From positions 6,380 through 70,379 of the forward strand of contig NMRA01000133.1 in NCBI GenBank assembly GCA_002633005.1: a stretch of DNA of 64,000 nucleotides, given 5' to 3'. This DNA is from Phoronis australis (taxonomy: Eukaryota > Animalia > Phoronida). Positions 1-13,289 of the stretch are shown in pieces. Made by a program: the position numbers and the translations under genes. Each line of letters begins with the position of its first letter. Position 1 is the stretch's first letter. The notes beneath the pieces are model-generated. The model ran no database searches. It was given only the letters and a program-made list of their open reading frames with translations, and was not told the DNA's origin.

Positions 1-534
1 GGCCCAAGTATGCAAACTTACTTGGGGTTCAGGGACACAATGGCCGACAGTTACTTGGAGTTGAAAGAGTTAACAGAGGGCGTTTTGTAAACTTAGATGT
101 AGAAGCCTTGGTCTGCGCATTTTTTTGTAAACCTCATTGTGTGTGGGGAAGATTATTGGTGAATGTGGGTGGGGTTACGCGCCGTTGGAATCATGGACGC
201 CCTGGAATATTGGGAACCCCAATTTGGACACCCTATTTTCGAAATCCTGGATAAAACACTGGGTGGAGCTTGCGATAGGTCAATTTGAAACACTGGCAGT
301 TGGTTTAACTGTTGAATGAATGCTGCTGAAATCTACAATCGTTTGTTTTTAGCTCAATAACATTTACATGACCAATGTTGTAGCATTACATTAATAACAT
401 AAGAGGGAAGCAACAAACACAACTCGATACGATAGCTAGGTAAATATCACAGGGGAGATAACAAATCCATTGTCTAGTATTAAACACGATTAGGTTTGTA
501 TCCCTGTAGACTACATTGTCAGTGCCATGGACTG

Positions 535-673
535 CAGAGCATTGTTGCACCAGTAAACTCCAGCAACAAGATACCAGACACAGTTGACAGACCAGAGCAT
601 TGTTGCACCAGTAAACTCCAGCAACAAGATACCAGACACAGTTGACAGACCAGAGCATTGTTGCACCAGTAAA
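535..673. repeat. 58-bp tandem repeat, ~2.4 copies
   Basis: Unit cagagcattgttgcaccagtaaactccagcaacaagataccagacacagttgacagac starts at 535, 593 and 651 (partial). Confidence 0.95.
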
Positions 674-679
674 AACTGA

Positions 680-1185
680 TTTCAAAATTCTAAAAACTGA
701 TAATGAAGTGAAACGAGGTCCTATAATTTGTCGTGACGGGTAAGTAACCTCATGAACAAACAGTTGATTAAAGAATCGGTGAAAAATGAAACTGGCAAAT
801 AAGTAACGCAATATTTCATGGCACTGTCATTTTCTCGATTAATTCTTTCCCTTTTGTAAAAACGAAAACTATGTAGTCATTTTGAAAAGAAAACGCTTGT
901 GACGCGGGCATGAGCCATTTCTTAAAATTTTGCAACATCTCTCAAGAGATGATAACTTCGCAGCAGCAAAACTTTTAATTCCGTTTGCTAGTATTAATAA
1001 AATACTAAAAACTTGTAACAATTAAACCAGTTCTGATAATTTGTTGAAACATGTATGCAGCCTCGTGGAAGGAGAGTGGTTGATTGAAGGATAGGCGAAA
1101 GAAGAAACTGGCTAATAGGTGACGCAACATTTCAAGGCGCCGAAAGCCGACGCAAAAGAGCGCTCCACTTTAGTAGCAGATTACA
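680..1185. repeat. Dispersed repeat family, second copy at ~22740-23040
   Basis: caaaattctaaaaactgataatgaag...cagttgattaaagaatcgg...gaaactggc, the gataacttcgcagcagcaaaa block and the actttagtagcaga block all recur, diverged, at 22740-23040. Confidence 0.7.
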
Positions 1186-2644
1186 AGCATAGTAACTGCC
1201 AGTTGCTTGTTAGTTACTTTATTATTGCTAGCGTACACCGGAACTTGTCTCGCGTCTGCCATAGTTGTGTTCAAGTACAGTCTTCATTATATCGCTATCT
1301 TTTGCTACATTACGGTTCTCATACCTGACACTCACCAACCTGTTTCCTGAGTGCATGCCGGCTTCTAAGACAGCCCCCGCTAATAGATCTCCCCACTGGC
1401 ATTCAGACTCTGTTTTGCTCGATCCCGACAACATTGTTGACGTCGCCTCCAAGCGCCTTTTTAGGGAGATACCACGAGAGTGTTATACTGTTTTTGATTG
1501 ATCCCAACACTGTTGGCTACAATATTGCTGCAGGTAAATTTGAGGCCATTGCCAACATGGGTCCTGTGCAGCCTCCTCAGAGAAAGGGTCGTGTCCCACA
1601 ATACTCTCGTGACAAGCTTGTGGAGTTGCAGAAGTTCGACGAACTAGAACAGTCACATGTCCTCGCTACATCTGAATCTATTGGCGTAACTGTGGATTAC
1701 CTAAACCCCTCCTTTCTAGTTCGTAAGCCCAATGGTGACATTCAACTTGTTACTGCCTTTACTAATGTTGGTCAGTATAGTAAACCGTCTCCATCCCTGC
1801 TCCCCGATGTTGATTCAACCCTGCGGAAGATCGTTCAGTGGAAGTAAATCATTGCATCTGACCTCACATGTGCATTCTACCAGATTCCTTTGTCCAGAGA
1901 TTCCATGAAGTATTGCGGCGTTGCTACACATTTCCGTGGCATCCGCGTATACACTAGATCTGCCATGGGGATGCCAGGATCCGAAACTGCATTGGGAGAG
2001 TTGATGTGCCGCATGCTAGGTACCTTTCTCCAAGAAGGCATACTCGTGAAGCTAGCTGACGATCTGTTTTGTAGTGGCAATTCGCTCGAAGAACTTGCTT
2101 CCAACTGGAGGCGCATCTTGCAGACCTTGCACGCTTGTGACCCTCGTCTCCGCTGCTAAGACTATCATTTGCCCAAAGTCCACAACGATACTTGGCTGGA
2201 TTTGGACGCAGGGAAGCCTCTCTGCTAGTCCCCATTGCACAACAACCCTCGCCATGCAAGAACCCCCAACAACTGTTAAGCAGATGAGGTCTTTCATTGG
2301 TGCATACAAGATGCTAAGGGCGAGTCTTGCTCCATTGCTCTCTGCTGTTAGACTCTCTTGATCGTACTAATGTTGGCCTTGATTCTGGTGATAAGGTTCT
2401 TTGGTCAGACTTGTTACACGAGCAGTTCCATGTGGCTAAACAAGTGGTTTCAAGCTCAAAGTCTATTACCTTGCCTAGGCCCGAAGATAACCTTTGGACT
2501 GTCAGTGATGGCTGTTTCAAAACAAGTTATTGGTACAACCCTGTACATTTCCCGTGAGAGCAAGGTTCTACTTGCCGGTTTCTTCAGTGCCAAGTTGAGA
2601 CATTGCACCAAGTGACTCGGCTAACATATATGTCAAAGCCTTAA

Positions 2645-3955
2645 AGAGTTCCCACCATGACCCTGTGTCTCAAAAGGGATTTTATTATTACATCTTAACA
2701 GATTTAATAGCCTTTAGTACACCTGTTGCTACGAAACAAACAAAAAATTTTAAACATATATTTTTCTGTTATCAGGTTTGTACGCAATGGGTGGAAGACC
2801 GCCTCCGCCGTTGTAGTTTTACCAGTGCGATACTGAGAAGTTGTGAAAAAAGTTCAAGTTCGCGGAGAGTCGCCTTTTTCAGACATGAAAAGGTCCATTT
2901 GTGGAAACTGTGGTAACAACTTGACTGAAAACGTCTCTGTGTGTTCAAATTTCCTAAATACGTGAAAGTTGCACAGAAATGGCATCAGTTTGTCATGGGC
3001 GGCGCACCATAGGGGGCTGGGTGAGGGCTATAGCCCCCCACTTTTTTCAGTACTAAGCCGCCTATGGTCTATAGGCAGTGCACCACAAGGGGGGGGGCTG
3101 GGAGGGGGGACTTTAGCCCCCACTTTTTGCAGTGCTGCGCCGCTCATGATTGTGTGTCGAACGAGAGTGTGGAGTGTCAGTGTGGAACAAATAGGCAGTC
3201 CGGCGGAAGCCAATTTTGATCAGCACATTTCAAAGAATCGTGTTTCGACCACACACATAAGCAACGTTACAATGAAGGACTCACCATCAAGTAAGTGCAT
3301 TTGCAAATTTTGTAAATAACGAACAACTGCTTCCATTCTAGGAGGAGTGATGCAGACCCTGGACCCCGGCCCAGATCAAGTGCTACTACAAGTAGGCTTA
3401 TGCATATTGTGTTTAGACTGTGCTCATTCCATCATGGCAATAGTGAACACCAGTACCCCAGGTGTACTGTGGCCTTTGTCAGTAATTATTAAGTGTGAGT
3501 ATTGACCACCACATGGTAGAGATGGAATTGTGGCTCACATATGTCTGCAGCATATCTCGGTGCAAGTGGGTCGAGTTCATATGGCCTCCAGTCAAAGCCG
3601 ACGAAAGTTCGCTAAATGGGAAATTGAATTCATTGTCTGATTCTTCAAATACTTGAGTGTGATGCCCGTATCCACTCTCCTCTCTGTATGCATAATAATT
3701 GTCCAATTCTCGCCTAATATTGTCATTGTCTTCTGACCCGCAGTGTTCCGAAATTGCAAATGATTGTCAAGCGGCCAACCGTCTTCCACCCATTGCATCA
3801 TTTGGCGGGAAACTTAGAAATAAGTAAATTTTCTTCAAAGTTAAAAAATTTGCAACTATTTGGCATAAAAAGTGCCTATTTATTAAGATTTTATGGTATT
3901 CGATTCATATTAGCTAACTGAAACCTCAAAAAGTAAGAAAATGCATGTTGGAAAC
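2645..3955. mobile_element. Non-autonomous DNA transposon (PIF/Harbinger-like) inserted in the RNase H region
   Basis: Imperfect TIRs agagttcccaccatg (2645) and catgttggaaac (3944-3955), flanked by TAA at 2642-2644 and 3956-3958. Removing it rejoins gcc tta agt atc gca gct (A-L-S-I-A-A). A 3-bp TAA TSD is typical of PIF/Harbinger. Confidence 0.65.
2994..3148. mobile_element. ~155-bp GC-rich MITE nested within the previous insertion
   Basis: TIRs catgggcggcgca / tgcgccgctcatg; internal duplicated G-run/C-run blocks. Confidence 0.65.
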
Positions 3956-4810
3956 TAAGTATCGCAGCTTCTGTCAAGCACTTCAGCCCATACATAGTAC
4001 AGTCATTTCATAAACCCTGTGTCTTGACCGACAGCAAGCCTCGCGTACAGGCATTTGACAAGCTCTGCCGTGGTGAATTCTCTGAAGTCCCAGAGTTACT
4101 TCCTTTTTGTCAACTGTTAGTAGGTTTCAGGTCTTAGTTCGCCATCTAAGAGGAACGACCAACTTACCTTCCAATTTTGCGAGTAGAAACGCTCCCATGT
4201 GTTATGAACCTAGGTGTCAGATATGCTGCTCCAATGCACTTAATGAGACGCCAGTTGTTCATCAGGTCAACGTATAAGACGTGCTTGGTAGTCTCAAACG
4301 TCTCCCTTTCACGAGCCAGTCTGCATGGTTGAGCACTCAGTCCGAGTGTCCGGATCTCGGAGTGTCCGGATCTCCGCAGAGTTCACGCCCACTTAACACA
4401 AGGCACGAGACCCTCAAAGAAGCTGACAAACATCAAGGACATCAAACGCTATTTGAATACCATCACCATTGCTCGTGATGGTCTGCTGGTAGTCAAGAAC
4501 GATGACCCTCGGTGTCCCACTGCTGAGTTGATAGTAGTACGTTCTGTACTTGATGGGTTGGTCACCGCCTTGCACATTAAGTTAGACCATCCTTCCGCGC
4601 ACCAGTTGCATATGGTCATGAAGTGTCATTTTTATGCCCTAGACTTGATGTCATCCATACGCTCTGTGACTTAGTCATGTCACTCTTGAACTGTTCTGAA
4701 AAAACTAGAGTCTTTTGATGACTCATTCTTCGGAAGATCCCCAAAGCTATTGGATTGTCTTTTGCAGCAGAACATCCTGGTCCTACGCGAATGCGTTACG
4801 TCTTATACTC

Positions 4811-5410
4811 TGCGAAGCCACACTAAGCCGCATTTCCGTGACAAGCCTATTCCAGGAGTACCTAAGGGTTCTGGCCCTGCTCAACTGGTAAAAACTGTCC
4901 CGACGAGGCAGTATAAAGACAACCGAACTTTCGTGACAACCATGTACCGGAGCACCAAGGGTTCGGACCCTGCACTACTGGTAACTGTTCCGAAGGGGCA
5001 ACGGGGCAGTATAAAGACGAAGAAAAAAAAAAATGTCCCAACGGGGCAGTATAAAGACAACCAAGCAGTAGCATGACAGCTGTTGCCAATAAGCCGGCTA
5101 CATGCGAATCAAACTCTAAGCTGTTGCCACTAAGCCAGCTTCACACCTAAGATGTCAATAACGATGTTGCCATCCAGCCAGCGTCTCGTCTCCACAAGAA
5201 GAAGAAAACCACCACCATCACCACCAGCCTACCAGGTCCTGCCGCTCGATCCATGTCCACACCAACCACAGCAAGGACAGAAGGCGAGATCCACCAATCT
5301 TGCGAAGCTGTCCGAGGGCTTTGCCCTCATCTACTCTACTCTCTCTCTCTCTCTCTCTCTCAGAACAGGAGCTCTCAGGAGATCCAGTAACGCCTCTAGG
5401 CTTTGGAATT
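4811..5410. repeat. Foreign ~600-bp segment with internal direct repeats and (CT)n, occupying the place of the integrase core
   Basis: ggcagtataaagac occurs three times (~4907, 5006, 5046), aagggttc.g.ccctgc..actggta twice, and (CT)n at 5339-5361. Pol-like translation stops at LRECVTSYT and resumes at ATARLNSRI. Confidence 0.55.
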
Positions 5411-5823
5411 GCCACAGCACGTCTGAATTCACGTATCCCTAATCAAGCTGTCAACACAGTGTAGTCAGTACACACACGACCAGATTCCCCTCTCTGACAG
5501 GTATTACATCTTAGAACAACATAGACAACATATGACTAACCATGGATACCGTGAGAAGTGTAAGAACAGTGCAACTCCCTCCATTTTGCCTTCTAACCTT
5601 CATGTCGGCGATCTCGTGAATTTACGCACTGATGGCACTAAATACCGTTCTCGTGACCGTTATCTCATTGTTTCTATTGCAGACGATTGGTGTTTCGTGA
5701 GAAAGTTTGTTGGTTCTCAGTTGTGTTCTACGTCTTATAAGGTGAGGGTGTCGGATTGCTTTTGTATCCCACAACAGGTTCACACCATTTCACATCGACA
5801 CGAACTTCCTCCGAATAGTGATA

Positions 5824-6823
5824 NNNNNNNNNNNNNNNNNNNNNNNNNNNNNNNNNNNNNNNNNNNNNNNNNNNNNNNNNNNNNNNNNNNNNNNNNNNNN
5901 NNNNNNNNNNNNNNNNNNNNNNNNNNNNNNNNNNNNNNNNNNNNNNNNNNNNNNNNNNNNNNNNNNNNNNNNNNNNNNNNNNNNNNNNNNNNNNNNNNNN
6001 NNNNNNNNNNNNNNNNNNNNNNNNNNNNNNNNNNNNNNNNNNNNNNNNNNNNNNNNNNNNNNNNNNNNNNNNNNNNNNNNNNNNNNNNNNNNNNNNNNNN
6101 NNNNNNNNNNNNNNNNNNNNNNNNNNNNNNNNNNNNNNNNNNNNNNNNNNNNNNNNNNNNNNNNNNNNNNNNNNNNNNNNNNNNNNNNNNNNNNNNNNNN
6201 NNNNNNNNNNNNNNNNNNNNNNNNNNNNNNNNNNNNNNNNNNNNNNNNNNNNNNNNNNNNNNNNNNNNNNNNNNNNNNNNNNNNNNNNNNNNNNNNNNNN
6301 NNNNNNNNNNNNNNNNNNNNNNNNNNNNNNNNNNNNNNNNNNNNNNNNNNNNNNNNNNNNNNNNNNNNNNNNNNNNNNNNNNNNNNNNNNNNNNNNNNNN
6401 NNNNNNNNNNNNNNNNNNNNNNNNNNNNNNNNNNNNNNNNNNNNNNNNNNNNNNNNNNNNNNNNNNNNNNNNNNNNNNNNNNNNNNNNNNNNNNNNNNNN
6501 NNNNNNNNNNNNNNNNNNNNNNNNNNNNNNNNNNNNNNNNNNNNNNNNNNNNNNNNNNNNNNNNNNNNNNNNNNNNNNNNNNNNNNNNNNNNNNNNNNNN
6601 NNNNNNNNNNNNNNNNNNNNNNNNNNNNNNNNNNNNNNNNNNNNNNNNNNNNNNNNNNNNNNNNNNNNNNNNNNNNNNNNNNNNNNNNNNNNNNNNNNNN
6701 NNNNNNNNNNNNNNNNNNNNNNNNNNNNNNNNNNNNNNNNNNNNNNNNNNNNNNNNNNNNNNNNNNNNNNNNNNNNNNNNNNNNNNNNNNNNNNNNNNNN
6801 NNNNNNNNNNNNNNNNNNNNNNN
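5824..6823. other. Assembly gap (1000 N)
   Basis: Run of N. Confidence 1.
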
Positions 6824-8884
6824 TCGTCACTGTCTAGTTCAACAAGTTCTGTGATGCGCACCATTATTTTGAACCAAACGAAGGCTACGATTTAAGACAA
6901 ATAGCACCGAAATTAAACTCATTTCAGTACACGAACCGCGCTTCTGGAAGTAGGTCTACCATCATGGCGATCCCGATCAGAAAATGACGTATATGCATCA
7001 CGTGACTAATTAACATAATTTATGCGTGACGTCAACTAATAGCCAAATTATTTTGTTACACAAATGTTCTTCAAAAGTTAAAATTGTATCATAATTATCC
7101 TTTATATATCATCTGCAGCCTTAACAATGATGATGATGAAGAAGTACATTTTTCGTTCCGCGATGGAACTACTTCCGTTTATTATGTTCAGTTATTATTC
7201 TTGTGTTATTTTGAGTATTTACAACAATATTACACACGAAAAAGTTTGAATTGCGTTTTATGGTGTACATCATGCAACAATCGTTTCTCAGTTCTACCTG
7301 CAATTCCGTATTTAGGAGGATTTTTTCGTTTTTCGTATAACACAAGTGGCCTCTAGGCGGCGCTCCCAAACATTCATTTCGCGCGCCAAACTTGCTCCGT
7401 TAGGTTACTCAAACAACAACTTGAAAACACGGTTCAAGGACATTTTTTAAGTCACCAAATGCAAACACGGTCCTGCACTCAGGACCGTGTTTGCATTTGT
7501 GACTTAAAAAATGCAACCAAAAAGAACAACTTCTGGACCACAATCAAAAATTATTGTCTGCCACACGGCTCAGTTAATGAGGAAGAGATATCTCTTCCTG
7601 CATGCCTTTACGTACCTTTTATTATTCTTAGTCTTGTGAGTTTTTGATGTGACCGCGAGTCGGTGGGTTTGCAGGTCCACACGCCGAGTTCACCAATGTG
7701 GATCTATATTCATGAGTGCTTTATCAGTGTAGTTCGGGTAGCCTGTTAGTGTCCTCCGGAGGCATAGTGACTGACCCGTCCTACTGAGTGAGGCCAGTTC
7801 CCTGGCGCCGTAGAGACGGTGGCCAGTCTCAGTCTAGTGCCAGACATCTGTCTGTCATTCAAAAGGGTCACCATCTTGCCTGCCATAGCGGACATGCCCT
7901 TTTGCAGTTTGGGATTCGCAAGGGTTGGTGTGCCGAAAAACTCGGTCACTATGCAGTTGTCACGTGTGAAGCCAAAGAGAACGGCAAGAGCTAGGGCGCG
8001 TAGTGGAATAAAACAAACGGATGAAATATCCGGGGAGACTGATTTTTAATGACCACTTCAACATTTGTGAGGGTTGTTCTTTACGTCACTTCAGATCATT
8101 GGATATAGTCTTTACATTTTGCCTTCTCTACAGCAAACAAAAATCAGTCGATATTTTCCGTACTCTTATATCACTGCCGGGCTTAATTGTTGTAAGCCCG
8201 CTTTCCCATGTTACCGCTAAAAAATTGGTTTAACATGTTTTGTAAGGTTGGGAAGAACGTTACTTTCAGTAACTAAGTCGTTAGGTTCAAGACTAAGGTC
8301 GGGTGCATACGACCAGTCACATGTGCCGTTGCACACAAATCAGTTCCCGTCCGCATTTTTATTGTATTGTTAGTCTAATCGCAATTAGTGAGGTCTAAAA
8401 AGAAATTATTTGCGAAACGTTGCGAATTTCAGTATTTTACTTTGGAATTGTTTATAGCTATATGTACATACCGGACAAAATTATATTCAGCTAAGTTCGT
8501 GAGGTTTATTACGTACACGAATTTATGTACCGCAACTGGTACTTTTCATATTTCGTTCGCCATAAATCATCGGTCTCCACTGTTAGTGTACCAAGCTCAT
8601 CAAAAAGCATCGTCTGCTTTCGTTACCAACAAATATTAGTGCCGGGGACAAACTTAGATACGCACTAATTGGCTCTCATTTATGGATTTATTGGCATTCC
8701 CATAGCGGTAGTGTTTTCATGGTTGGTTTAAAACACTTTTGCAGTTGCTGAATTCTTGTTTTTTAACATTCTTGATTGTTCTGAATTGTTTGGAATTGAT
8801 ACGGATTTGAGTTTTACAAAAAAAAACAAAATATTCAACAAACACGTTGAGGTCTTTGATAATCCATTTTTCTGGGGGCACCTG

Positions 8885-9058
8885 TGTCGCATATGCCATA
8901 TTTAACATCTTCACGTTCATGATGACGCGTTTTCTAGCAGAACGCTCTCTGATTTGGAATGTTCATGTTTGTAGTTGAATATTAGTGGAATCATAGATTA
9001 TAGACTATAGTCTATGCTGGAATATATTTATTAATATGTCTTTTATCTTAATTCTACA
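8885..9058 (+). repeat. 5' LTR
   Basis: tgtcgcatatg...cttaattctaca; homologous to 13290-13411 and 14329-14462. Confidence 0.92.
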
Positions 9059-9076
9059 TGGTGACCTCGACGTGAT
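9059..9076 (+). other. Primer binding site, tRNA-Trp type
   Basis: tggtgacctcgacgtgat directly after the LTR; matches the complement of the eukaryotic tRNA-Trp 3' end (TGGTGACCCCGACGTGAT, recalled) with one mismatch. Confidence 0.8.
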
Positions 9077-12000
9077 GGATCAGCAGCAAGTTTTTTCCGA
9101 CAGTTGTAAATTTAACGAATGACCTCGAGAGACGAAATAGAAGCCTCAGGAAACGCTTGTTCACGCGGTGTAGAAATGACGAAACAACTTGAATTTTCTA
9201 GTAAAAACTATATGACGAATACATTCGGTTTAAAACACTGACAAAGAAAATTCTAAATTGTTACGAAGGACTTGAAGAAAAATACCAAGTCGATAAGGTA
9301 TTAATGTGGATGGGTCCAGAAGCATGTGTGAAACATGCAAACCACCTCTTTGATGGTAATGATAATGAGTAGATAAACCACCTGTGGACGTTTTTCGATG
9401 GCATTTGTGCCAAGAAGGGATGCACAGAAGGATCGTGGAATGCATCGCGGATGAAATTAAAGTTTGTCAAGCAGCAACCCGATGAAACTGTTGAACAATT
9501 TTATGATCGTATAAGGAAGTTGTTACAGCAATGTGAATATGCAAATGACATTTCAAGCACCATGGAGACTGAAGCCCTTAAATATGAATTCAAAGATGTT
9601 AAGATTTTGGAAAAAAGTTTATGACCTCCCAAAGACCGCGACAAATACTCAAGTATTGGACACGGCAAGGGCGACGGAGGCAGCTCAACGGCACATGCGA
9701 GAAGTTGATAAAGTGAGGCAGGAGATCACGCAGTGTTCTGATACCGCAAATGATACTGATGAACTTCGACAAACTCGCACACGACAAATTAATTGCACGA
9801 AATGTTGATATATGCACCCACCAAAGCGATGTCCAGCGTTCGGGAAGAAATGCAACCGCTGCAAACAGATGAACCATTTTGAGCGGTGCTGTCAGCTCAA
9901 CACTAAACCTGAGAAGCTGGAAACTGAAAAGAGAAGAAAGCATGTGAAACAACTGCACGAAGCTGGAGCCAGTTATTAATCTTCTGGAGAGGAAAATTTG
10001 TTTTACGACGAGTATGACAGTGTGTCATTTGAGACCGTGGACACCCAGGCAGGTGAAATCCATTTTGATGATGATCTTGGGCCAGATACCCAATTTGCTG
10101 TTGTTTGGATAGAGACATCAGGCCGAGGGAGACAAGTTAGGCTGAAGGAAAAAATTGATACTGGGGCCCAAGTTAATCTCCTGAATATTGCCACATATTA
10201 TAAGAAGCTGTACGGGGCCGATGCAGTCAAGAAACTCCGGAAATCCGCTGTCAAACTGACTGGTTATGGTGGTAAAAGTTTCATCAATCATGGCAAGTTT
10301 TGGATTGGTCATGTTTTCCACAACAACGTCGCTGGACATAGGGTACCCTTTTTTGTCTCAGATTTTGGAAACAATCTTTTCTCGTTGAGGTTCTGCAAAG
10401 CAATGAACATAGTGAAAATACTTTGCGATGAGCTCGGTACTGCAAGGATTGTCACGGTAACTTCGACATCAGTGAAGCCAAGTCAGGAAAAGAAAATTGT
10501 GTCAAACGAGATGGGCAGATCAGAGTTATCTACACAAAGCAGGTTATTGAAGACGACAAGGATGTTTTTACAGGAGTTGGGAAACGGAAGGACTATAAGT
10601 ATAAAATTCAGATAGATGATACTGTTCCACCAGTAGAGTGCCACCTGCTGTCAAAAAACAACTCTGATGGAACTCAACCGCATGGAAGAGCTTGGAATTA
10701 TCAAGAAGCAGCTGGAAGCCACGCCCTGGGTAAACAGCCTAGTGTGTACCCCAAAACCGAACGGCCAGCTAAGGGTGTGTCTTGATCCTGAACCGTTAAA
10801 CAGGGATGTGAAAAGACCCTACCATTACACTCCTAACTTGGAGGAAGTAATAACGCAGCTATCATGGGTGTAGGTATTTCTCGGCACTAGTTCAGTCATG
10901 TGGATACTGGAATATTGAGATGCATCCACAGAGTGTTCCCTTGCCGGCTGACATTTAACAGTCCCTTTGGCAGATACAGCTATCAACGATTGCCCTTTGG
11001 GCTTAATAACTCACAAGATGCCTTCCAACGTGCCATTGACGACACATTTGGAGACTTGGAGAATGTTTACTGCATCGCACAGACGAGATGTGATCGTGAT
11101 ATTGCCCTGAATCACGTCATTCAGCGCTGCAGAGAGTCGGGATTCCGGTTGAATACGAAGAAAGCAAAGATACTTCCGGCAGAGATTCGTTACTTTGGCC
11201 ACGTACACCAGAAGGTGTTAAGCCAGATCCTAAAAAGTTGGATGCTATTGGGAGAATAGCACCTCCTGACAACAAGCTTGAATTACAGTCCTCACTGGGC
11301 TGCTTTACGTACCTTGGCAACTTGTCTGCTAAGACGTATGAGCTAAGACGACTGTTGAAAAAAGACAATGATTTCACTTGTCTTGGACCGATCAACACAC
11401 ACAGATGCTGAATAGCTTGAAAGAATGTGTCCTTAAAGCGACTAGACCCTTCGGTATTTTGATCCAGCTAAAGATGTAACAATTGAATGCGATGCCTCAC
11501 TAAAGTGATTGGGAGCTTGTTTGACTCACGAGGGCAGGCCAATTAATTTTGCATCAAGAAGCCTGGCAGATGCGGAAACCAGGTATTCAAATATAGAGAG
11601 AGAGCTGCTGGGCGTTGTGTGGGCAGTTTTGCATTACAAGCAGTGTGTCTACGGACAAACGTTTACAGTCCACACAGACCACCAGCCGTTACAAGCTATC
11701 TTCAAGAAAGACATTCACAGCATACCCCCACGGCTGCAACGTATGGTCCGAATGTTGCAAGGCTATGAGATAGAAGTTGAGGTGTATGTCCCAGATTGTT
11801 TGTCAAGGTGTGTACCGCTTAGACCCAAGCAAGTACCAGTTTTACCAGATATCACCACGATTGGAATTCTTGAGGTGAACACTACGACTGGATCAGACAT
11901 TCAAAAGATACGAGCTGAAACTTCCAAAGACCCCGTTTTGAAGGCATTGTTGACATTAAAAAAGGGTGGCCCGAGCATAAGAACCAAATGCCAGACCAAA

Positions 12001-13289
12001 CCATGGCTTACCGTCTGGAATTACAGACATGATTTAGCATGGCTGAACGGGGTTTTAATCCGAGGATGTAGGATAGTTATTCCCCAAATAATGAGAGGAT
12101 ACTTCTTGAAGAGACTTCATCGAGCACACCAAGGAGTGCAGAAAACCATTGAGAGAGCCAGAGAAAAGTTCTTCTGGCCTGGTATGACGGAACAGATCAA
12201 GCAAATGATTCTTACTTGCCCAGAACGTCTAGAAAATCAACCAAACCAAAACGCCAATAAAGTCATCCCCGTTACGACTACCATGCCCATGCAGATCGTA
12301 GGACTTGATGGTTTCCATCACAAGCAGACTCGGAAGACATATATTCGTGCATTGTCGACTATCACACAGGTTTTCCTTGGATAAAGCACTTGAAAACTCA
12401 AGATGCAGCCAGCATCGTGAAGCACGTAAAAAAGACATGCAACGAGTTCGGGTATCCAACACAGATTGTTAGTGACCGAGACACGCAGTATATGAGTGAA
12501 ACGTTCCAGGAAATATGTGTAAGCAGTACGACATAACCCACACGCCTGCTGCACTCCACTCCCAGTGGCAGAATGGGATGCGAGAGAACGTTGGGAAAGA
12601 TAGAATCACTCGTGGAGAAGTCAAAGAGACGATATCCTTTTGAGATACCTTGATCAGCCAGAGCATCCCTTCCCTGTTTGAGCTGATGTTCCACAGGAAA
12701 GTCAAAACAGACTTGCCATGCATTCCCTTATACATGTTGGATACAGGCTGGTCAGCGTTCAGTCCTATACGCTGAAGCGAAAAACAAGTCGAGAAGCGAT
12801 CCCTGTGCGTTAGAGGAAAGTCAAACCGTGTCATTCCTCAAGAACCCCTCAGATCGGCCTATTAAGTGGTCACGCGGGGTTGTGACATCTGTGGATGGGG
12901 AAAGGTCATACACGGTCCTAGACAGTCAGACTGGAGGAGAATACCAAAGAAATAGGGTGCACATAAAGCCAGTGTCAGAGGTCCCGTTACAAGATGCCCT
13001 GTGAGGAGCCGAGGGAGACGACTAGAACATCTAGCAATAGCGACAACAAAGCTGTGCCTGTTGCTAAACCTTCAGCAGATGTTCAGTTACAGGACTCCGC
13101 AGAGGAGACGTGGGACACCGCTAGAGCACTCGATAATCGCGACAACGAAGTCACACCTCTTGCTGAACCCTAAGCCCATCCTAGCCGAGAGATTAGACTT
13201 CCTGAGCGTTACAAGGATTTTGTTCTTAGTTAGAAACACTTGGACGTAGTTCGTTAGTTTTCTAGTTCTTGTTTTGTTAAGAGGGGAGA

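Larger units (their letters stand above)
1265..5823 (+). mobile_element. Decayed Ty3/Gypsy-like LTR retrotransposon pol (RT, RNase H, partial integrase), interrupted by insertions and ending at an N gap
   Basis: Frameshifted fragments: [34 protein letters not shown] active-site region KLADDLF, RNase H TVSDG / AGFFSAKL / [12 protein letters not shown]...LTDSKP, integrase zinc-finger part LHIKLDHPS, and C-terminal GDLVNLRTDG..RDRYLIV. Many stops and frameshifts. Confidence 0.85.

Noticed and set aside
16-330. Exon-like segment on the minus strand (tttcag acceptor ~327, GTAAGT donor at 21)
   Set aside because: All three frames contain stops and no homology is recognised; at most a decayed element exon.
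535-673. Direct repeats as a possible CRISPR array
   Set aside because: Head-to-tail identical units without unique spacers, in eukaryotic context.
5532-6864. Long ORFs of 339-440 aa
   Set aside because: Artefacts of the 1000-N gap; only 5532-5823 is real (retroelement integrase tail).
7640-8050. GC-richer region with several 67-76 aa ORFs
   Set aside because: No recognisable domain or consistent splice structure.
9027-9032. Antisense AATAAA in the LTR, suggesting reverse orientation
   Set aside because: PBS, PPT and ORFs all fix the element on the plus strand, and the hexamer is not kept in the 3' LTR.
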